A stretch of 64,000 bases of DNA from the IMG/VR virus record IMGVR_UViG_3300034072_000758, positions 124,001 through 188,000 of that record; one strand, written 5' to 3'. Below are positions 10,007 to 19,467 of this stretch, in pieces. Each line of letters starts with the position of its first letter. The first letter of the stretch is position 1. The translations under genes were made by a program, and so were the position numbers. The notes beneath the pieces are model-generated. The model worked only from the letters and a program-made list of their open reading frames with translations, did no database searches and was not told the origin of the DNA.

Positions 10007-10369
10007 ATCATTCTCACGATCCAAGAACTTCCATTCGACTTTCGATGGGTCAAAGAATTGGAGTTCTTGGATCACTTGCTCTACGTCCAGATCGGAGCAT
10101 GTATAAAGGTCAAGTTGAAGAATCGCCGGATCACATTCATCCCATGAATGAATTACGAAATGACTGGTCTCGATAATGGCATCGGCAGTCATTCCGCGAT
10201 TGCCTTCAACGGCGCAATAACGAGCGCGCGGCGCGGCCAATTCCTTCATTCCGATGTTCTTGATCAACGCGGACATCCACGCGCACACAGCGTCACAATC
10301 CTCAGCCAACGGCGGTCTTTTTATTTCGGCACGAACGATTAGATGCTTGTGGCGGTTGTCTGGTGTCAT
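9983..10369 (-). CDS. speD: S-adenosylmethionine decarboxylase proenzyme (pyruvoyl-dependent) family
   Basis: GMTADAIIETSHFVIHSWDE...LQLDLYTCS matches AdoMetDC motifs. Confidence 0.8.
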   Translation of the reverse strand: MTPDNRHKHLIVRAEIKRPPLAEDCDAVCAWMSALIKNIGMKELAAPRARYCAVEGNRGMTADAIIETSHFVIHSWDECDPAILQLDLYTCSDLDVEQVIQELQFFDPSKVEWKFLDRENDLRLLGEG

Positions 10370-10429
10370 CGAAATATTCCCCTGAAATAAGTGTAGGAAT
10401 ATTTATAATAAAACCGTCCTTATGAAAAA

Positions 10430-10792
10430 TTATTCCACTCCCATCACAAGCATGGTGACATGAAGATCGACATCTGAGTCAGATAAAAGCTCATGCCGCT
10501 TCTGAACGCGAATAATACCACCCGGTAATTCGGTGATGGACACATGTGATGATACGATACCTACCAAAATTGGTAGGTAACAGTTCTCATAACGATACGA
10601 GAAGAAGTATTCAATACCAAAAATTTCTACACGATGAATAAGCAATCTATTGCTGAAATATATTGTCTCTTTCTTCGGTATTTTTTTGCGGCCCGTACCA
10701 GTATACCCATAGTGTTTGAAGAAGAAGGCATCAACTTCTTCTTTTCTATATTGTGTAAATTTCAGCCAAATTCGTTCGTCATATAAATTCAT
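10430..10792 (-). CDS. Hypothetical protein with C-terminal motif
   Basis: Ends SDSDVDLHVTMLVMGVE*. Confidence 0.6.
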   Translation of the reverse strand: MNLYDERIWLKFTQYRKEEVDAFFFKHYGYTGTGRKKIPKKETIYFSNRLLIHRVEIFGIEYFFSYRYENCYLPILVGIVSSHVSITELPGGIIRVQKRHELLSDSDVDLHVTMLVMGVE

Positions 10793-11205
10793 AACTGATC
10801 CGAAAGTAATACAATTGACATCATATCACTTTCTACGGTCTCAAGGGAAATATTATCTACAAGCTCGTCAATATAAAACATGAGCGTATTTGAGAATAGA
10901 CCTCGGCTCACCCAAGTAAATATCCAGTCGGGTGAGTAAATCTTGAACAACTCAGTGGTACGTTTACTGTTATCGGATTCCCACTTCCAAATCAATTCAA
11001 AGTTATACGGAACACCGTTGATGTAACGATACTCATATGAATGACTATCGTAATCACCTTTCAATTTATATGAAAAGTTTTTGCGCCCGTGCTCTACACA
11101 AAAATCCTCTAAAGTCTCGTCAACATAGTAATTTGTTGTCAAATTATCTTTGATCTTGTGGACGAACTTCCACATATCACTATTCTGATCGAGACTATAG
11201 AGCAT
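10789..11205 (-). CDS. Hypothetical protein with C-terminal motif
   Basis: Ends LETVESDMMSIVLLSDQL*. Confidence 0.65.
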   Translation of the reverse strand: MLYSLDQNSDMWKFVHKIKDNLTTNYYVDETLEDFCVEHGRKNFSYKLKGDYDSHSYEYRYINGVPYNFELIWKWESDNSKRTTELFKIYSPDWIFTWVSRGLFSNTLMFYIDELVDNISLETVESDMMSIVLLSDQL

Positions 11206-12569
11206 TAGTACGCCGCGTAAACCTTGATGAAGTCTTCGACCGTTTCAGCAGCCGAATCCATTTCCTTGACAGGAATATAGCTCGAAGGCCCCATCTTGTT
11301 CAAGACGGCATCGACATAGCACGAGAATTTTCCTTCGGGTGAAGTTGTCAGAACACGGTGGATACCAGCCATGTCAAGCAAACGCTGATGACGATCAACA
11401 AATGCGGTATCGACCGAAACAGAAACCTTTTGCTGGTCGAACAGCAGTTTCATGATCGTGGCATCATCTTCAACATTTCCAAAATCGAAACGTTCTTTGC
11501 CTTTACCGAAGCCCACCTCCTTGTAACCCAGCAGAAGGATTGGGAATTTTTGAGCCGCAGCTTCACGCAAGATGTTGGCGGTGTCCGAGATCGGAACAGA
11601 CCCGAAGACGTGTTGGATCATCACCTTCCGGTCTTGGTAATAAGACGGAAAGATGTTGCGAATGTTGATAGCCGTCTCGAAGTCAGCCATTGAGTGAACC
11701 GACACGCCGATAGCACCGATCTTCCACATGATGTTCTTGACCAATTCCACGTCTTGCACCCACTTATCAGTGTAAGTGGTGAAGTTCGGAACAATATTTT
11801 TGGAAACGATGTAGTCGATAATTGCGCCGAAGTCCGGGTGAGCGGTCGTTTCTCCGCCACCGAGAGCAATTTCGAACACACCCATTTCCGCCAGAATATC
11901 GACATGCTTCTTGATGGCATCAAGAGGGGCATGTTTACCCTTCAATGTGGATGATTGGTAGCAAAACGAACAACCCGCATCACACCAATTGGTGATCTTC
12001 AAATCAACCAATTCAGGCATAGTGGATTTGGTATATTCGTTTGTTTCCCCACCGTTATCCAGTCGGACACGAATTTTTGTACCATCGGTGGTATCGAAGA
12101 GGACAATGTAATCACCATCAATACGAACCTTTTTTGAGTAGCCTGATGTGTTGATTGCCGTTTCGGGGGTGTAACGAGAAAAAGTATCGCACACAGTTTC
12201 ATCGCTGTTGTCATTACCCCCAACAACCACGATATTTTTATGTGAAAGAAGATTTACCCGGAACCGAAGTTCAGCCTCAGTGTCGATAGATTTATGGCTT
12301 TGGTGATCGACGTACATTTCGGTACGCAGCTTGTCGAGACCTACACTCTTGGCGAACTCAGTATCAAACAGAGCTTCATTGATAACTTGCGCAGCAACAT
12401 AGCGCAGCTTTTCTTCGGTCGAAACCAGAGAGAAATCTTGCCATCCATAATCACAAGGGATGTCGTCATACATTTTCGCAAGGTCTTCATTCGGGACAAC
12501 AATGATCGAATGTGATGATGACGAATTGGTTGCGAAGCCAAGACGAATGTTGTCAACGATGAAGTCCAT
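11205..12569 (-). CDS. Radical SAM protein with N-terminal 'GFATNSSSSHS' domain
   Basis: CDAGCSFC (CxxxCxxC) and IALGGGE. Confidence 0.88.
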   Translation of the reverse strand: MDFIVDNIRLGFATNSSSSHSIIVVPNEDLAKMYDDIPCDYGWQDFSLVSTEEKLRYVAAQVINEALFDTEFAKSVGLDKLRTEMYVDHQSHKSIDTEAELRFRVNLLSHKNIVVVGGNDNSDETVCDTFSRYTPETAINTSGYSKKVRIDGDYIVLFDTTDGTKIRVRLDNGGETNEYTKSTMPELVDLKITNWCDAGCSFCYQSSTLKGKHAPLDAIKKHVDILAEMGVFEIALGGGETTAHPDFGAIIDYIVSKNIVPNFTTYTDKWVQDVELVKNIMWKIGAIGVSVHSMADFETAINIRNIFPSYYQDRKVMIQHVFGSVPISDTANILREAAAQKFPILLLGYKEVGFGKGKERFDFGNVEDDATIMKLLFDQQKVSVSVDTAFVDRHQRLLDMAGIHRVLTTSPEGKFSCYVDAVLNKMGPSSYIPVKEMDSAAETVEDFIKVYAAY

Positions 12570-12672
12570 AACGCACCTTTTTTACACTTTGTTAACTATC
12601 CCTATCAAAGTGAATTTCGCTCGTCAACCATTTTTGTTCACCATACTAAATACTTTTAAGCGAGGGTAGGAA

Positions 12673-13140
12673 ATGCGTTATGATGATTTCAACTCCTACG
12701 ATATAATAAAATTATTGTTGGAAGACGATGATGAAAATCTTCCGAGAATAGTTAAGTGTTTTGTGTTACTTCTTTCAATATATTCCGATCCTTTCGAAGC
12801 ACGTTCTATTAAAAATATTCAAAAATATATTGATACCAACAATCTTTATATTATTTGGGATGAAATGCCAAACGCCCCCAATATTCGTATTGAAAATCTA
12901 ATCTACGGTATAGCAACAAAGAACCCGGCATACTTTCATTATTGCTATGGTTTTGTAGTAGGTATGATTGTAGCCGATGATGCTTGCTCCACAGTCTATC
13001 AATTTCTAAAGCCATCTAAGGCTATTGAATCCGATCCAACTAGATGCGCATGTTTTAGAAACATATTAGACATGGAGTTCGGCAAAGCCTTCTTGGACCA
13101 CCATTACAAAATTATTGACGAAACTTTAGATACAGTGTAA
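12673..13140 (+). CDS. Hypothetical protein
   Basis: 155 aa; GAGG/AGGA SD. Confidence 0.6.
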   Translation: MRYDDFNSYDIIKLLLEDDDENLPRIVKCFVLLLSIYSDPFEARSIKNIQKYIDTNNLYIIWDEMPNAPNIRIENLIYGIATKNPAYFHYCYGFVVGMIVADDACSTVYQFLKPSKAIESDPTRCACFRNILDMEFGKAFLDHHYKIIDETLDTV

Positions 13141-13143
13141 TCT
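13115..13143 (+). promoter_or_regulatory. Sigma70-like promoter upstream of the BI-1 gene
   Basis: TTGACG-N17-TAATCT. Confidence 0.5.
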
Positions 13144-13169
13144 CTGCTTCTCTTTCTTTGGAGAAGAAA

Positions 13170-13871
13170 ATGTTTAATCAAGCTACCGCATCCCCCACCG
13201 TCGAAGATAGCGGCCTTCGTTCGTATATGATCGGCATCTATAATAAGATGGGTCTAGGTCTCGTCCTGACTGCTATCCTATCGTGGCTGTTCGCATACAA
13301 TCCGAACCTGACGGCACTTCTGTACACGACCAATCCGAAGGGCGCGCTGACCTACACCATTCTCGGCTGGATCGTCGCATTCGCACCGCTGGCGGTCATT
13401 TTCATGCGAAGCTTTCTCGGCTCGACCGTGGCATACTGGCTGGTCGTCGTTCTGTTCGGTATCTCGCTCAGTTCTGTCGCCATGCTTTATACCGTGTCTT
13501 CGCTGGCATCCACCTTCCTGATCACCGCCGCCGCCTTCGGAGGACTTAGCCTCTTTGGTTATACGACCAAGAAGAACCTGTCGGGCGTTGGCAACTTCGC
13601 GGTTATGGCCTTGATTGGCCTGATCATCGCAATGATAGTTAACCTGTTCCTGCGCAGTTCGATGTTCGATCTGATCATCAGCGCAGCCGGTGTGCTGATC
13701 TTCTCGGCCCTGATTGCCTACGATACGCAAAACCTCAAGAACCTCTACAGCCCCGGCTTGTCGGGTAAAGAGCTTGACGAGCGCACGAGCGAGGGTGCTT
13801 TGTCCCTTTACCTCGACTTCATCAACCTCATGCTGTTCCTCTTGCGCTTCTTAGGCGTCAAAAAGGATTAA
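13170..13871 (+). CDS. Bax inhibitor-1/YccA family membrane protein
   Basis: GLRSYMIGIYNKMGLGL...FGYTTKKNLS...IAYDTQNLK...GALSLYLDFINLMLFLLR; 7 TM; GGAG SD. Confidence 0.92.
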   Translation: MFNQATASPTVEDSGLRSYMIGIYNKMGLGLVLTAILSWLFAYNPNLTALLYTTNPKGALTYTILGWIVAFAPLAVIFMRSFLGSTVAYWLVVVLFGISLSSVAMLYTVSSLASTFLITAAAFGGLSLFGYTTKKNLSGVGNFAVMALIGLIIAMIVNLFLRSSMFDLIISAAGVLIFSALIAYDTQNLKNLYSPGLSGKELDERTSEGALSLYLDFINLMLFLLRFLGVKKD

Positions 13872-13874
13872 CGG

Positions 13875-13902
13875 AAAAGCCCCTCGAAAGAGGGGCTTTT
13901 TT
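13875..13902 (+). terminator. Rho-independent terminator
   Basis: AAAAGCCCCTC-GAAA-GAGGGGCTTTTTT. Confidence 0.9.
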
Positions 13903-13969
13903 CATACCAATTTTTTACTGGCACAACTCTTGAAGGTGTGTAAGCATCTGAGAACGGAGGGAGCTAAAG

Positions 13970-14338
13970 ATGGTCAGCAGAGAAGCCTTACAGGATGTCC
14001 TTTACGAAATTATCGTCAAGGATAACGACCTGTTCATGACGACCATCCCCGAAGGGTGTGACGCGGAGATCATGGGAAATGCCATGTTCCATCCTCGCTA
14101 TGAACCACCCTTCTCCCATATCGTCATGATTGTCCACTACGTTGTCCAGACGTTCGAAGGAGTTAATCTCCAATCACAAATAGACCTCGCGCGCATCTAT
14201 GATCGTCTGAAAAGAGATCGTGATCTCTTAAAAACTTGTGTGGCTATTTTGGTGAAGTATCGTGCCAAGGCTCAACGTAGCCCAGACATCGACAATTACT
14301 TGAATTGCATCAAAGTATTTCTTGAAACAGCTATGTAG
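13970..14338 (+). CDS. Hypothetical protein
   Basis: GGAGG SD; 122 aa. Confidence 0.65.
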   Translation: MVSREALQDVLYEIIVKDNDLFMTTIPEGCDAEIMGNAMFHPRYEPPFSHIVMIVHYVVQTFEGVNLQSQIDLARIYDRLKRDRDLLKTCVAILVKYRAKAQRSPDIDNYLNCIKVFLETAM

Positions 14339-14402
14339 ATAGCTTGACAACATATGGATATATGATACTCTCTATTTAAGTTTCATATTAATGGAGTGCG
14401 AT

Positions 14403-14813
14403 ATGTCTGAGACACCGCCTATTAAATCTGAGGAAGACGTTTTCGAATCGGAAGCGGTAAAGCTTCTGAACTACATGATCGACCGCAAGGCTCAAGAACT
14501 GATCATGTGGGGCAATATTCTCAAGAGCCAAGCGACTGAGAACGAAACCAGCAAATATCCAGATACGGTCGGCGTCCGCACCTACAATGAGGGCAAGCGC
14601 GGCCACGGTCCCGAAAAGAATGTCCCCATTCCGGTGAGCAAGCATCAGGCCGAAAAGATGCTAGTAACCTGCCAGAAGATCATCGCTTTGGAAACCGAAA
14701 TCAACGAGCTTCAACGCACGAAGCTGCGCGCTGCGCGCGACTACGATTTCGATGACGGCGGCGCGCTTCAAGAAGCTCTGTGGGGCGAGACAAAGACCTC
14801 AGTAGAGAGCTAA
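14403..14813 (+). CDS. Hypothetical protein
   Basis: GGAG SD before MSETPP; TTGACA upstream. Confidence 0.65.
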   Translation: MSETPPIKSEEDVFESEAVKLLNYMIDRKAQELIMWGNILKSQATENETSKYPDTVGVRTYNEGKRGHGPEKNVPIPVSKHQAEKMLVTCQKIIALETEINELQRTKLRAARDYDFDDGGALQEALWGETKTSVES

Positions 14814-14814
14814 A

Positions 14815-15024
14815 ATGCTTACATTCATACCAACAACCGACATAGATATAGGCCGCGCCGACCTACTGATTGGCGAATTTCCGGTGGATGAAAACGGAAA
14901 TCCTCAAGCTGTCAAAGTGGGTGACGTTCTAAACGTTAATGGCGTATCCCGCCACGTGATCGGAATAGAAGACCCACGCTTCCATTCGAAAGGAACCTGT
15001 GGGCTGGTATTCGGTAAACTTTAA
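14815..15024 (+). CDS. Hypothetical protein
   Basis: 69 aa, directly after the upstream stop. Confidence 0.55.
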   Translation: MLTFIPTTDIDIGRADLLIGEFPVDENGNPQAVKVGDVLNVNGVSRHVIGIEDPRFHSKGTCGLVFGKL

Positions 15025-15527
15025 GACTGGAAGAACAGGCCAGTGTCGCCAGCTAAGAACTTTGACAGCGGCACAAACACATAGCTGCCGTATCTGACCG
15101 AAGCATTACCATTCACTAGAGGGTCGTCGTGGCTAATCACGGCGACCTCTTCTACATTATTGAACTTCATAATAACCAGAACGCGCTTACCACAAGCCGT
15201 AGCGTCTTGCTCGGCCTGTGAGAGCCAATCATTCAGTTGCTTGTAGTCTTGCTTCATGATTGACGCGAATGAAGGCGGCGTCTTGTAGTGCTTACATTCG
15301 ATGCTGTAGGCAAACGTGTCCGGGGTTATGATGTCACCAAATGTTGCCTTGGATAGGTCGTGCGTCTCTGTACGCGCCTTGTTGGTGCCTCCGAAGAACG
15401 AACCGCTATCACTCGCTCGCCTAAAACCTTTGGTTATACCAAGATGTTCAGCGAAACGATCTGAGAAGAGATTCGAGATTTTGCGTTCGAAGGTATTCCC
15501 CTTCGCTTTTGAATTTATACCGGCCAT
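15021..15527 (-). CDS. Holliday junction resolvase-like PD-(D/E)xK nuclease
   Basis: NSKAKGNTFER...GDII...IECKHYK. Confidence 0.8.
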   Translation of the reverse strand: MAGINSKAKGNTFERKISNLFSDRFAEHLGITKGFRRASDSGSFFGGTNKARTETHDLSKATFGDIITPDTFAYSIECKHYKTPPSFASIMKQDYKQLNDWLSQAEQDATACGKRVLVIMKFNNVEEVAVISHDDPLVNGNASVRYGSYVFVPLSKFLAGDTGLFFQS

Positions 15528-15532
15528 GATAG

Positions 15533-15538
15533 TATTTA
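15533..15538 (-). promoter_or_regulatory. Late promoter TAAATA box
   Basis: TAAATA-CTATC-ATG(15527). Confidence 0.75.
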
Positions 15539-15550
15539 TTAAGGCCGGTG

Positions 15551-16000
15551 TTAATCCCCTAGAAAATCGAGCACTTGGGTTTGGAACGCCATGTGGGCGG
15601 GATCACGGTTGAAGTATTTGCGCTCATGTCCACTCAAAATGATCTGGAAACAATTGTCGATGTAAATGTCGCCTTCATTGGGTTTGTAGACTGTTGCTTT
15701 AAACAGATTGTAGGCGAAGAGATAGTCGCTGTATTCCTGTCCAGTGGAAGAATTGGTTCGTTGAAGAATGGTGTTTTTGAATAGTGCTATTTCAAGCATT
15801 TGGAAATCGAACACTTCTTCATTGTAAATTGTGTTTTTTTCCAAATATTCTTTTATCTTGCCTTTGATCTGTTTGATCAAATTAATCTCGGTGTTCAAGT
15901 ATTCGCTAAGATGAAGAATGATCAATACTTTATTTTCGACAAAATGCTGCCGAAAAACTTCAAACCATTTCTTATCATCCACAAGCTTGTTACTGAACAT
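15551..16000 (-). CDS. Hypothetical protein
   Basis: 149-aa AT-rich ORF. Confidence 0.55.
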   Translation of the reverse strand: MFSNKLVDDKKWFEVFRQHFVENKVLIILHLSEYLNTEINLIKQIKGKIKEYLEKNTIYNEEVFDFQMLEIALFKNTILQRTNSSTGQEYSDYLFAYNLFKATVYKPNEGDIYIDNCFQIILSGHERKYFNRDPAHMAFQTQVLDFLGD

Positions 16001-16031
16001 GTCTCATTATTACACAATAGTTAATATGAAA

Positions 16032-16037
16032 TAAATA
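16032..16037 (+). promoter_or_regulatory. Late promoter TAAATA box
   Basis: TAAATA-TTAAA-ATG(16043). Confidence 0.7.
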
Positions 16038-16042
16038 TTAAA

Positions 16043-16676
16043 ATGCGTTACTCAGAACTTTTCGCTTCATGAAGAAGAACCCGATCTGTTCTATAAGCTT
16101 CCGGCGAATGTTCAAGAAGAAATGAAAGAAGACGTACTCAACAAGATCATGAGTGATGATCCGGCTGATGCTCCGACAACCGCCCACATGAGCTTCAACA
16201 AACAAATGAAGCGCAACACATGGCTTGTTCACTTTTCAGACAACGCGAGACAAATCTGGTATGAAGGTTTCAAGTACGGTGTAGACCGTATGGACAAGCT
16301 CGGCCTGACAACCTATCTGAATAATAAAGAGAAGGAAGAGGGTGGCTACAATTTCGCATTCGAGGCCAATTCGCGCTATGCGTCGAATGCTGCCCGTAAC
16401 CATAAGTACGGACGTGATGCCGTGATCTTCCAGAGTGCTGGCATCAATTGTGAGCACTATGGCGATGAAGAAGATCAAGTCGTATTCTGGGGCGAAGACG
16501 TTGATTGGCACAGCATCATCTACATTCGTTACGAAGATGGCGACTGGTGCCTGATTTCCCGACGCGATCTGAGGAACGGTAATGACGTATTGCTTCGTTC
16601 AGAGAACTTCGAATCTATTGTCAAGTGGGTAGCGAAGAACCATCAGCAATATCGCAAATACCTTTACGGTAAGTGA
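16043..16676 (+). CDS. Probable ADP-ribosyltransferase-fold internal virion protein, split by a +1 frameshift near its 5' end
   Basis: ATG 16043 gives MRYSELFAS*; the +1 frame is open (SLHEEEPDLFYKLP...) into track ORF 16122-16676, which has WLVHFSDNARQIWYEGF...YNFAF...GDEEDQVVF. Confidence 0.55.
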
Positions 16677-16922
16677 TCAGTGATGCGAAATATGATTATG
16701 ATTAATCGGTTTTTTCTTTAGACTTGCAATACCGATCACGATCAAGACAATGATTTGACCCAATATAAATACCGGGATTTCCCACCATTTATTGAGAAAT
16801 GTCTGTACCAAACTTGTTTTTAACCATAGGTCCGCGATAACAGAGCCGACAAAATAGCCTATGGGAAAGGTGAACCAACCTCTATCTATATAGAAACGAA
16901 AGGCCCATTCAACATATTTCAT
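16677..16922 (-). CDS. Small membrane protein
   Basis: Two hydrophobic segments. Confidence 0.55.
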   Translation of the reverse strand: MKYVEWAFRFYIDRGWFTFPIGYFVGSVIADLWLKTSLVQTFLNKWWEIPVFILGQIIVLIVIGIASLKKKPINHNHISHH

Positions 16923-17152
16923 CGACCTTTACCCCAATCCTCGATAAAATATTCCCAATTTTCTTTGCCATTACGGAGATCGGCGTAATCGATGTAGGCG
17001 TGAGGGTTTTGTCCCGCAGCTATACACGCGGCCTTGGCTTCGGCCTCAGTGCGAATAATTGGCTTCCGGTGCGCCCGGTCGAGCTTCATGGGACGCACGG
17101 TCACACCGCGCAATGATTGTTTTGGCTTGAGCTTGAGCTTGTTCATACCCAA
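16919..17152 (-). CDS. Hypothetical basic protein
   Basis: 77 aa; ATGA-coupled to the next gene. Confidence 0.55.
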   Translation of the reverse strand: MGMNKLKLKPKQSLRGVTVRPMKLDRAHRKPIIRTEAEAKAACIAAGQNPHAYIDYADLRNGKENWEYFIEDWGKGR

Positions 17153-17182
17153 TGGATATGTCGAATATACTTTACTGTCAAC

Positions 17183-17188
17183 TAAATA
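17183..17188 (+). promoter_or_regulatory. Late promoter TAAATA box
   Basis: TAAATA-TCTTC-ATG(17194). Confidence 0.75.
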
Positions 17189-17193
17189 TCTTC

Positions 17194-17619
17194 ATGTCTC
17201 ACTGGTATAGAACAATCATCGAAAATATGGAAGAGGCCGTCATTAAATTGCGCGGTTTTGGCTCTGCCTCAAACACGGAAGAGTTTATGGAAGATTGGGA
17301 AAACATTACGGAAGAACATCCGTGGACGCCGAACATGCGTGTTTTCAACGATGCCGTGATGGTCAAGCTCGTCAAGTGGGGTGGAGCAATCCACATCGAA
17401 GATATTCAGTCACACGAGGGTAATCCAAAGGGAGAAGGCTCCAAGGCCCTACAAGCCATTTGTGACCTCGCTGACAAGCATCATGTGACTTTGGACCTTA
17501 CGGCTCAGGGAGACCGTGGAACGCCCACAGAGGCCCTTGTGAAGTGGTATACGCGCTTTGGTTTCACCATCACAGCCGACGATGAACGTGGTCCTGACAT
17601 GGAGCGCAAGCCGCGTTAA
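17194..17619 (+). CDS. GNAT-family acetyltransferase-like protein
   Basis: KGEGSKALQAICDLAD...LDLTA...LVKWYTRFGF; start reassigned by the late box. Confidence 0.72.
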   Translation: MSHWYRTIIENMEEAVIKLRGFGSASNTEEFMEDWENITEEHPWTPNMRVFNDAVMVKLVKWGGAIHIEDIQSHEGNPKGEGSKALQAICDLADKHHVTLDLTAQGDRGTPTEALVKWYTRFGFTITADDERGPDMERKPR

Positions 17620-17797
17620 GCTTCTCGAATACTTGTGACTGTTTCGACCTCAAGATCGAAATAATCTGAAAGATTTGCTTCCAGATGCTCTTGGCTTTTT
17701 GACCATATCCGCTGTTTATTCGGAGTATGTTCCTGTTTCGGATAGTGATAGGTGACTATGAAACATTTGTTTTGATCGGTCATATTTTATCTTCCTT

Positions 17798-18202
17798 TCA
17801 ACCTTTCAGATAACGGATATTATCGCCGAAGTAGCGAAGTTCGGACGGAGACAATGAACCATTGAAGCCCGAAGTTGTGAACATGGACATGCTGGACCCA
17901 AACGCCGTGCCGGGTATCGTGGCGAGATATTCATCCGCCGCATTTTGAAGCGGGTTGCTGGACTTCCGATAACGGTCACACATGCGCTCGAAAAAATCCA
18001 CGCCATCGTTACCCAGATGAAGATCGAAGAAGAAGGCCATAGCAAAGACGTGGCGCGAAGGTGAGACATACCATAGGCCATAGATGCGATCATAGACGAA
18101 CGGGCTGTTATCGAAATCGCGCAGGGAGATCGCTTCTCGACCAGTACCGCATTCGCCCATCATGACGGCGAGTTGTTCGGGGGTGGGCTTAAAGCGAGGC
18201 AT
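17798..18202 (-). CDS. Hypothetical protein
   Basis: 134 aa; overlaps the upstream gene's stop. Confidence 0.6.
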   Translation of the reverse strand: MPRFKPTPEQLAVMMGECGTGREAISLRDFDNSPFVYDRIYGLWYVSPSRHVFAMAFFFDLHLGNDGVDFFERMCDRYRKSSNPLQNAADEYLATIPGTAFGSSMSMFTTSGFNGSLSPSELRYFGDNIRYLKG

Positions 18203-18482
18203 GGTCGGCCATCAGCTTGTTGAATTGATCCATAGCTCCGTTTTCAGTCAGACCTTCGTAGTCGGTATGAGTGAAGTGACCGCCATTCTTGTCGCCGTTC
18301 CAGACGTTCAGACGAACGATATATTCGTCGGCGGCAGGACGCCACAGGATCGACAAATAATTATCGTTGGGGAAGTTATGCTCGACCAGAGCGAATACCG
18401 GGGTTTTGGCTTTTGACTCTTCAATCTGGGCGAGCGTGACGGGCTTGTCCACGAAGAATTTGTGATAATGAATGACGTGCAT
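18189..18482 (-). CDS. Hypothetical protein
   Basis: GGAG SD; TTGACA at 18543-18548 upstream. Confidence 0.6.
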   Translation of the reverse strand: MHVIHYHKFFVDKPVTLAQIEESKAKTPVFALVEHNFPNDNYLSILWRPAADEYIVRLNVWNGDKNGGHFTHTDYEGLTENGAMDQFNKLMADHASL

Positions 18483-18550
18483 ATTTTATCTCCATGTATA
18501 GCCATGAGTAGGTACTTATAGCTATAACATAGATTAGAATATTGTCAAGC

Positions 18551-19441
18551 TTACACTACCCAGATTTCACCCTTAGCGCTATTCAATATTTTGTTGAATT
18601 TACTACCCATGAGTCTTGGGAAATTAGCCCAAGCCTTTTGAGCATGAGCGAGCTTCTTTTCATCTGTGGTCAACTTTTCATCGGGGTGAATTTCGGGAGG
18701 CAATTCTTTTAACGTGATCTTACCCTTGATCATCCATTGCGTGAAGGTTTCAACATACCATTCGTATGGTGTCGCCAACCTGTTATTTCGAGCACTCGCC
18801 ATTGTCCCCAGATGTGGTCCCAAAATTTTTTGGTATATCTCCTGCCACTCATCACGTTGCATTGTACCAAAATAGCTATAATCTCTTTTGGACGGCCATA
18901 TGGTCCCGTAAGCATAAGAAGTAATCTTCTCTACGAAATTCTCAAAGTAATGAGCCGCATCAAATATCGCCTCATGTTCGTGAGACTTTGCGGTTAGAAA
19001 GCAATGTCCCAGACGATGCGCAATCATCCACGGACTGCGTAAGTTTATCTTGTCAATGTCCGAGAGATTGTTCGTAAAGATAACCGTAATAACATCCGGC
19101 GTATGATTTGCCGCGATCCGCCCCCAAACCTTCTCGCCCATCATGTCCTTGATCCATTCTTCTTTGACTGGACCGATGTTCATAGTCGGATCGTAATTTG
19201 GATTGGTGCTTTGCCAGAAGTACATGTCGAATGTGGTTGGTACTTTCAGAAATGCCGACTTCACCCGCTGGATGGTCGGCTCATGAGTTATGGCGCGTTT
19301 GTCACTGTCGGACCAATGCTTTCGCTCTTGGCGGTATGTCCCACTAAATTTGCTTATCATCTGGTCTTCATTGTCACGAAGATCAGGATCAACATTCCAG
19401 TTTCGGATTGGCATTTCGGAAATTATTTCGTGATAGCGCAT
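18551..19441 (-). CDS. Probable internal head protein with zincin-like HxxxH motif
   Basis: N-terminus MRYHEIISE resembles the T4 capsid-targeting sequence; PWMIAHRLGH...EWYVE. Confidence 0.6.
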   Translation of the reverse strand: MRYHEIISEMPIRNWNVDPDLRDNEDQMISKFSGTYRQERKHWSDSDKRAITHEPTIQRVKSAFLKVPTTFDMYFWQSTNPNYDPTMNIGPVKEEWIKDMMGEKVWGRIAANHTPDVITVIFTNNLSDIDKINLRSPWMIAHRLGHCFLTAKSHEHEAIFDAAHYFENFVEKITSYAYGTIWPSKRDYSYFGTMQRDEWQEIYQKILGPHLGTMASARNNRLATPYEWYVETFTQWMIKGKITLKELPPEIHPDEKLTTDEKKLAHAQKAWANFPRLMGSKFNKILNSAKGEIWVV

Positions 19442-19446
19442 GAAGA

Positions 19447-19452
19447 TATTTA
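19447..19452 (-). promoter_or_regulatory. Late promoter TAAATA box
   Basis: TAAATA-TCTTC-ATG(19441). Confidence 0.75.
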
Positions 19453-19467
19453 GGACGTATCATGCCC

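Noticed and set aside
13970-14338. Possible member of the C-terminal-motif family (PDIDNYLNCIKVFL)
   Set aside because: Match too weak to count.
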